Shown piece by piece: positions 57,801-64,000 of a DNA stretch of 64,000 nucleotides. Each line of letters begins with the position of its first letter. The first letter of the stretch is position 1. The stretch covers positions 217,310,001 to 217,374,000 of the forward strand of contig OZ024743.1 in NCBI GenBank assembly GCA_964016885.1. The letters are read 5' to 3'. This DNA comes from Eledone cirrhosa (lineage: Eukaryota). Position numbers and translations under genes: made by a program. The notes under the pieces are model-generated. The model searched no databases. It was not told where the DNA came from and worked only from the letters and a program-made list of their open reading frames with translations.

Positions 57801-58199
57801 AAGTGCAATGAAATATATATACATCACATTTTCTCATGTATTATATCATGGAACACAGAAATTTATATCTTTAAGAAATCATTTTTCATTTCTATTATTC
57901 TCGGTTTCTTGAGCACAGCACTGATCATATATATATATATATATATATATATTTCGTTTCTGAATTTGTTTAGCAAGATTCTTTATCTGAAACGTGTGTT
58001 GAAACTGATATTGTTATACTTTGGAAGGGTGATGTTGCCAATAAGAAACACACGCACCAGTTGCTTTCACTTCAATTTATTATAAATACCAGAGAGTAAT
58101 GTTCATCAATACAACCCCTAGAGGTGAACTAGCTTACAAATTTAGAAGGGTAAACTTAAACTAAATATTAAGATAGTGGAACGACCAGATACCTCCATA

Positions 58200-58625
58200 A
58201 AAACACTTATTAGTAATACATACCCTTTTCAAAGACCTCCTCTATAGAAAAGAAATGCATAATCTATACACTAAGCCCGCATTTTTAACTGTAAAAGTAG
58301 AAAAATAGTATATAACATAAGATGTACTTAGGGACAATGTAAAGATAAGAATATAATGTACATAGGTGAGACAGCTCGTAGCATAGGAGAACGATTAAAT
58401 GAACACTGGCGCGAACTCCAAGATAGAAAAGATTCATCAGTACTCCACCAACATGCTAAAGTAGAACATAAGGACAAATTAGAGAACATAGAAATAAAAT
58501 TAAAATCTACACACAGAAAAGACGCAATGTTCAGACAAATCACAGAGGCAATAAACATAAATGAACTCCAACCAAAGTTAAATAGAAAACATGAATGGAA
58601 TAGCAACATCACAACTTACAATTAA
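58200..58625 (+). pseudogene. PLE GIY-YIG endonuclease fragment (frameshifted)
   Basis: YIGETARSIGERLNEH...RQITEAININELQPKLNRKHEW. Paralog of 27157-27530. Confidence 0.9.
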
Positions 58626-58821
58626 GGACAAAATGAAAACACACACACATAGAACAAACAACTAACTAGTAACATGTAAATAAACAAATAAATAAACAAA
58701 TAAAAACACACACAGACACCCGGATGTAACACATGCCCAAACTAAACACACAACACACACAAAAACAAGATGGCGTAGGGCAGAACAAAGGAGAGGCACA
58801 AAACAAAGAAAAGAATCCCCG

Positions 58822-58864
58822 GTCACTGAAGAGGTCACAGAATGTGTGACGAAAGAATTTTGAC
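58822..58864 (+). ncRNA. Hammerhead-like motif in pLTR
   Basis: gtca-CTGAAGA-g gtcaca gaatg tgtgac-GAAA-gaat-TT-tgac. Counterpart at 26873-26915 (-). Confidence 0.55.
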
Positions 58865-59009
58865 AATATATGAACACCCATCTGGTTGTGGAACCAACCA
58901 ACCAACCGGAAATTTATAATAAATTGAAGTGAAAGTAACTGGTACGTGTGTTTCTTATTGGCAACATGACCGTCCCAAAGTATAACAATATATATATATA
59001 TATATGAAT

Positions 59010-60030
59010 ATATGACGACATTGGATGGCAATAGGCCACTTTACATGTCAGGTATGGCGGCATTGGTCTCCGGTCCCCGATCTCACTGGCTTTGCCGGCG
59101 TATCTCTTGTCGGTAACCTCTTGCCGCGTCCTCGTCAGCAGGGTTCTTCAAAACACAATAAAACCCTCTGTGTTCAGAGAACGTGAGGCCGCCTGTTAGA
59201 CGTGGGACCCGCTGGGAGTTAGCCCAGTAGATGTCCCTCCTCCTTCTCTCCATGTTGACGTCAAGTCCCCCCAACGCACTTGGGATGCCATCCAGTGCAG
59301 CTTGGCTTCAGACAGGTTCACGCACCAGCTCGACCACCACCGCCTTGGCTGTTTTTGAGCGGCCTCCAAACCCAACAGTGGTTTCTGGATCCATGACCTG
59401 CCCTCCTACTCCACTGGCACGCAGCTAGACAAAAATAGGCTGCGCATCGGCGTTTCCTTGAGGCTCGGCCTCCGAATCTGCGAGCCACACCAATGTCGCT
59501 GCAGATCCACCGTGCACTCTTTCGGCGTCCACTCGCTTTCCTGTCGCCACAGTGCCGGCCGCCTTCCACGCTATGCTGCCCTCAACGAAGTCATAAAGTA
59601 TGGCTTGGACGCTGCAGGCTTCCCTTCCCACATCGAGCCGGTGGGGATGGACCGACGGGACGGCAAAAGGCCAGATGGCATGACCATCTTCCCGTTCCAC
59701 GGTTGCAAACACCTCGTCCGGCATCCCACTTGCACCGACAATTTCTGCAGCTACAGCCTGGTGTAGTCTGCGACTAACCCATTCTGCTGCACGTCGGGCT
59801 AAGGACGCCAAAATCCTCAAATACCGGTCGCTCTCCGACAGGTTTGCGGTTGTACCCCTGGCAGTGGAAACATCTGGTGTCCTCGGCCTTAGGGCTACCT
59901 CTCTTCTCACCACCATAGACGCTGAGCTGGCCAGCCGCAGGTATGAGCCCCGCGAGTTGGGGTGGCTTCTCCAGCGCGTCTTCCTTGCCGTCATCCGGGT
60001 AAACGCCTTCTTCATCCTGTTCGCCGGGGC
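59010..60030 (+). mobile_element. CRE-clade-like non-LTR retrotransposon 3' fragment (Zn knuckle plus restriction-like endonuclease), disrupted
   Basis: ATLHVRYGGIGLRS..LALPAYL, LRLG...CRC......G.HSLSC, R...LNEVI, RRDGKRPDG, K..KY......VPLAVETSGVLG, LLQR..LAVIR.NA. Confidence 0.8.
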
Positions 60031-60199
60031 TGTGGGGGGGGGGGGGGGGCGTAGGGGGGCATCTCATATCATTCCATATTTAAGTATGTTCAATGAAGAA
60101 TATGTGCCAATAGCCATAGTAATTTATGTCACGAATAACTTTGAAATAGACATCGAAAACAATGCACATGAGTCAATGGAGAACTGATAAACTGAGCTA

Positions 60200-60275
<76 letters not shown>

Positions 60276-61271
60276 AAATAGAATTAATTAAATTAAATTA
60301 AATGAGTCATGTTCGAGACATGCGCCATATCCACTGTAGAATAAGTTCAAAGATTCCAATGAATAGATCCGAGCATTTTATATCATCTGGAAACTGATTG
60401 ACATATATATATATATTTAAAATAAACCCATGAAACAATCACAGGGGATAATTTGTAAAGTGTGTAAACACACACAGCTAGGTAGGTAACTAATTAAAGT
60501 TTAACTAGATCTTCAAATATTACCTTTTAAGAAATGATTAATCCTCTTTGTATATATTTCATTAAAGAAATATATTTCACTAAAAATCCGTAAAATCACA
60601 GCAGTTAAATCTTAGACCATCAGCAAGGAGGAAGAATATATATATATACAACTGCGTTGTGTAGGGTATTTACGACGAACGGGAAATGAAAGTTTTCCTA
60701 AGCAAATTTGGTAAACGCCCCAAGATACAAACCAATGACATGTTTCAGAAATGTTGTTATAGCCATCCTGAAGGTGCTTGATATTAGTGTCGTAGCGAGT
60801 AGATCTCGTTGGAGAATGTTGGTTCGTGACGTCAAGAAGATTGAGCATTCAGTGTTTAAAAGAGAATTTAGGAAACGTGATGCAGGCTCAGTTGCGGTAT
60901 CCTCTCAAAGCATTTCTGTCACATCTGTGGAAAAAGTGTTTTTTTTCCTCGTGCTGGGCTTGGTAACCATTTCAGTGCTGGTAAAACTCAGCAGTCTGGG
61001 GCCGATTATGTAGGTGTCCTCCCAAAAAGGCTTGCGGTGTATTCATTACATTTTCGGATTCAAGTGGTACATGAGGGTGCATAAGTATCAAGTTGAATTC
61101 AAGACTATCCACAGGACTTATGTGTAACAAAAATATAAAAAGAGGTATGCAAGAGTGAGACAGGTTTCCAAAGTCATCCATTTGCTCATGGTCGTTCAGC
61201 TGTTTTGGATAGTTTGTCTCTTGTTGAAACGCGAAAACATGGCAGTTATAATATATATACATACCTACATA

Positions 61272-62662
61272 CAGTGGCGCACTGGCTAGGTTGCCTAATG
61301 GCAAGTGGGCCCTAGGAGGTCCACGGTAGTATTGCAGGGGCCAGCAGTAGTATTGCAAGGCCCACTGTAGTATGTTAGGGGTCGATGCTTTGCTTTCAAA
61401 AAATACCTGAAATCTATGAGAAAGTTTATATGTGTTTAACTGTTGAAATAATTTAATTTGATTATTTTAACCAGCAAATAATATATATATATATAACGGC
61501 AATCGTTGTGAGCTTGAATCTGACACGGAAAATCATATATATACATATGAATAAAATTACCCCATCATAGTAGATTCAAATATTACAGAGAGAAAGAGAG
61601 AGTGAGGGGCAAGAGAAATGAAGTGCAACAGAAATGAAACATGAATTACAGGTTAAAATATAGTCTAAATGGTTGAGAAACAAAACAAGGATGTAGTTTA
61701 TGGAACACCCAAATTATTTAGAAGTCGACCTTAAGCAGGAGCAGTAACATTAAGAAAGACATGAACGACACCACAACACTTTGTTTTGAAAATTTTGAAA
61801 GTAGGTTTATAAGTATGAATTTTCAATAGATATTTGTAGCTGTCTCAGTGGATTAGAGGTAGGAATTAAAGACGGTGGAGATCCTGGTCTTGTAGTCCAT
61901 CCTGGTCGAGAGGTACATGTAATGTTTTTCAGCTTTTATTTTACACCCGATATAAAAAAAAAAATTAAAAGGCATATTCGGAACCCTACTCCCGACCAGA
62001 ATCGAACTTCAGAGCAGGATCACCACCGTCTAAGATTCCTCCAACTAGGCCGCCGAGAAAGCTTCAAAAACAGACTGAAAATTAATAATCATAAACCTAC
62101 TTTCAATATCAAAGTTAAAAGTTGTGGTGTCGTTCATAGCTTTCCTGGAGCTATTAGTCATATTTAGGGTCGACTTATCAAACTTTTGGCTGTTTGGTAA
62201 TAACCTTATTATTCCTCTGTGTTTAATAGTTGAATTAATTTAATTTGATTATTTTAACAAACAAATAATATATATATATATGTATATATGTATGTATACA
62301 ATATCAATTAGATCCCTAGGGATTTTTGTAATAGTTGGAAACATCTTATGCATACATATATATAAATCTATATACACATGTACATGCACACATATACACG
62401 CACTCCAATATGTATATATATATATATATATACATATTGAGTGAGGGAAAGACCAGAGGTCTCTGGAGTTCGCAAAATGCATATTTTTATTGGAGAAGGT
62501 AAAATATTTTTCCGCAAAAATTTGATTGCACTGTTTTGTTCCATTTATATATTTTTCGAAAATGTTATTTATTCATTATAAAAATTATATGATAGCATTC
62601 TATATGTAGGTGGACCCCTTTCACTCCTGGCAACCAATATATTTATATCCAGTCCGCCACTG
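61272..62662. mobile_element. Non-autonomous hAT-type DNA transposon
   Basis: TIRs CAGTGGCGCACTGG and CCAGTCCGCCACTG (14 bp, 1 mismatch). 8-bp TSD cctacata/catacata. About 21-bp subterminal repeats at 61315-61375. Confidence 0.75.
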
Positions 62663-63559
62663 CATACATATATATATATAATATTAAGGATACTATTTAT
62701 GGTTATGTATATACTAAAACTTTTTATAGTTATGTATATTTTAAACCCTAAACAGTGAAGGTCAGTAATTTATTACTACCTTGTTACCAGTAAGATAAAT
62801 ATCTCAATGTAATAACATCAGTTGTTCTACAGAGCAGTTATATAGAATTCACAAGAATCAAAGCTATGTTCAAAGCATTTATTCACTTACAATTGTTTCA
62901 TCCAAACCTAGTCTTGGAGTCTTCGGAGCAGTTTTCAATGTTTGTACACATAATTGACCCCCTTTCCAACGCAAGAGACATACAGATACATATATATATA
63001 TATATATATATATATTGATGTACAGTGGAGTGACATATATTATACTATGTTATTTCTGTATAGCAATTCAAATTCAAAATCAAAATCAAAATTAAAATTA
63101 AAACAAGATTAAAACAAAATTAAAATACATTCGGCAGTTAACACAGATAATGCAAGAGGATAGTTTGTTAGTCAGATGTAGTAGTTAGTGTATGCGTGAG
63201 TTACACGTGGGGCATGTAGTGTCTAACATTTATATATGATTATTGTGTGGCTGGGTGTTACATGTAATACAAGCACTTTAAGCGGGTAAGTAAGAATATT
63301 ATGGTGGTTGTAGTGGTATGGTATTTTTTGTATGTAATAAAAAAGTTTGTGTGCAGAAAAATAAAAATAAAAAGGAGAAGCAAAAGAAAGTTATGTTTTA
63401 TGTATCCACCACCATTCTAACATTCAGGAAAAGTAAATATACTTTTTACATCTATCACATAAGTAACGATGATTCCGTATTGGATGTTTGGTGCATTAAA
63501 TTAAATTATTTTAGCTTATTGCGGCTCAGTGTTATTTAATCCAAATTTATAGAATAGGT

Positions 63560-64000
63560 TGATTCTGCTGCGAGAATTTACAGCGGTTTATTATCCGGAA
63601 GTATGTGTGTAATTAAGGGGAGTTAATGCATAAGGGGAGGTAACTAGCTGATTTCCATAACTAAATTCATTGTTCTAACATACATTATAAGGCGCCTCAA
63701 TTGAGTCCCTTATATAGACGGTTATATATTTATATCCAGTTTCCAATTTTTAAATACTGTCTGCTCTATCATGATGTACTAAAGGTATCTATGTTAGGAT
63801 GAATACATTCTGTAACCTCTGTCTACTAGAGACCCATACTATAATATTCTCAAACCTTAACCTCCTTAATAAAAAAAATCTGAAGTGTTTGCGTCGTGCC
63901 AGCACCTCTTCCGGCACTCCTTCCAAAACTTTAAACCCAATATATAACAATGCCAGACTTGAACCCATCACCACTTCTAACACCACACCTCAAGGGCACA
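63560..64000 (-). pseudogene. Highly decayed PLE-type RT remnant
   Basis: VVMGSSLALLY resembles the G..MGS.LA..YA RT motif, followed by an eroded YxDD..IVW region. Confidence 0.35.

Larger units (their letters stand above)
57950..58990 (+). mobile_element. 5'-truncated PLE with inverted pLTR, GIY-YIG and pLTR
   Basis: 58010-58086 is inverted relative to 58910-58989. GIY-YIG remnant at about 58200-58625. HHR-like motif 58822-58864. (TA)n at both ends. Confidence 0.9.

Noticed and set aside
60612-61358. ORFs of 78-128 aa in non-repetitive sequence
   Set aside because: No recognisable domain or consistent splice structure.

Overview
AT-rich, microsatellite-saturated eukaryotic DNA. The SINE sequences and (TA)n/(TG)n/(TATG)n density suggest an octopus or related coleoid genome; this is inference from sequence recognition, not a search result. 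I recognise no intact host gene, and most ORF-track entries are microsatellite artefacts (YI, CV, TH repeats). The window is a patchwork of mobile DNA. It holds more than 12 copies of one tRNA-derived SINE (several with TSDs), two RTE-type RT fragments, a GC-rich CRE-like RLE retrotransposon 3' end, a hAT-type non-autonomous element with 8-bp TSD, and many Penelope-like element (PLE) fragments with GIY-YIG endonuclease remnants. The main hidden signal is about 20 type-I hammerhead ribozyme (HHR) motifs, roughly 12 with an intact CUGANGA...GAAA...NUH core. Many are paired in opposite polarities inside inverted-repeat cassettes that sit within or against (TA)n tracts and carry a shared one-sided TACTC...GAGTRC tail. 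A UGA also appears at the same motif position in two divergent PLE endonuclease fragments.
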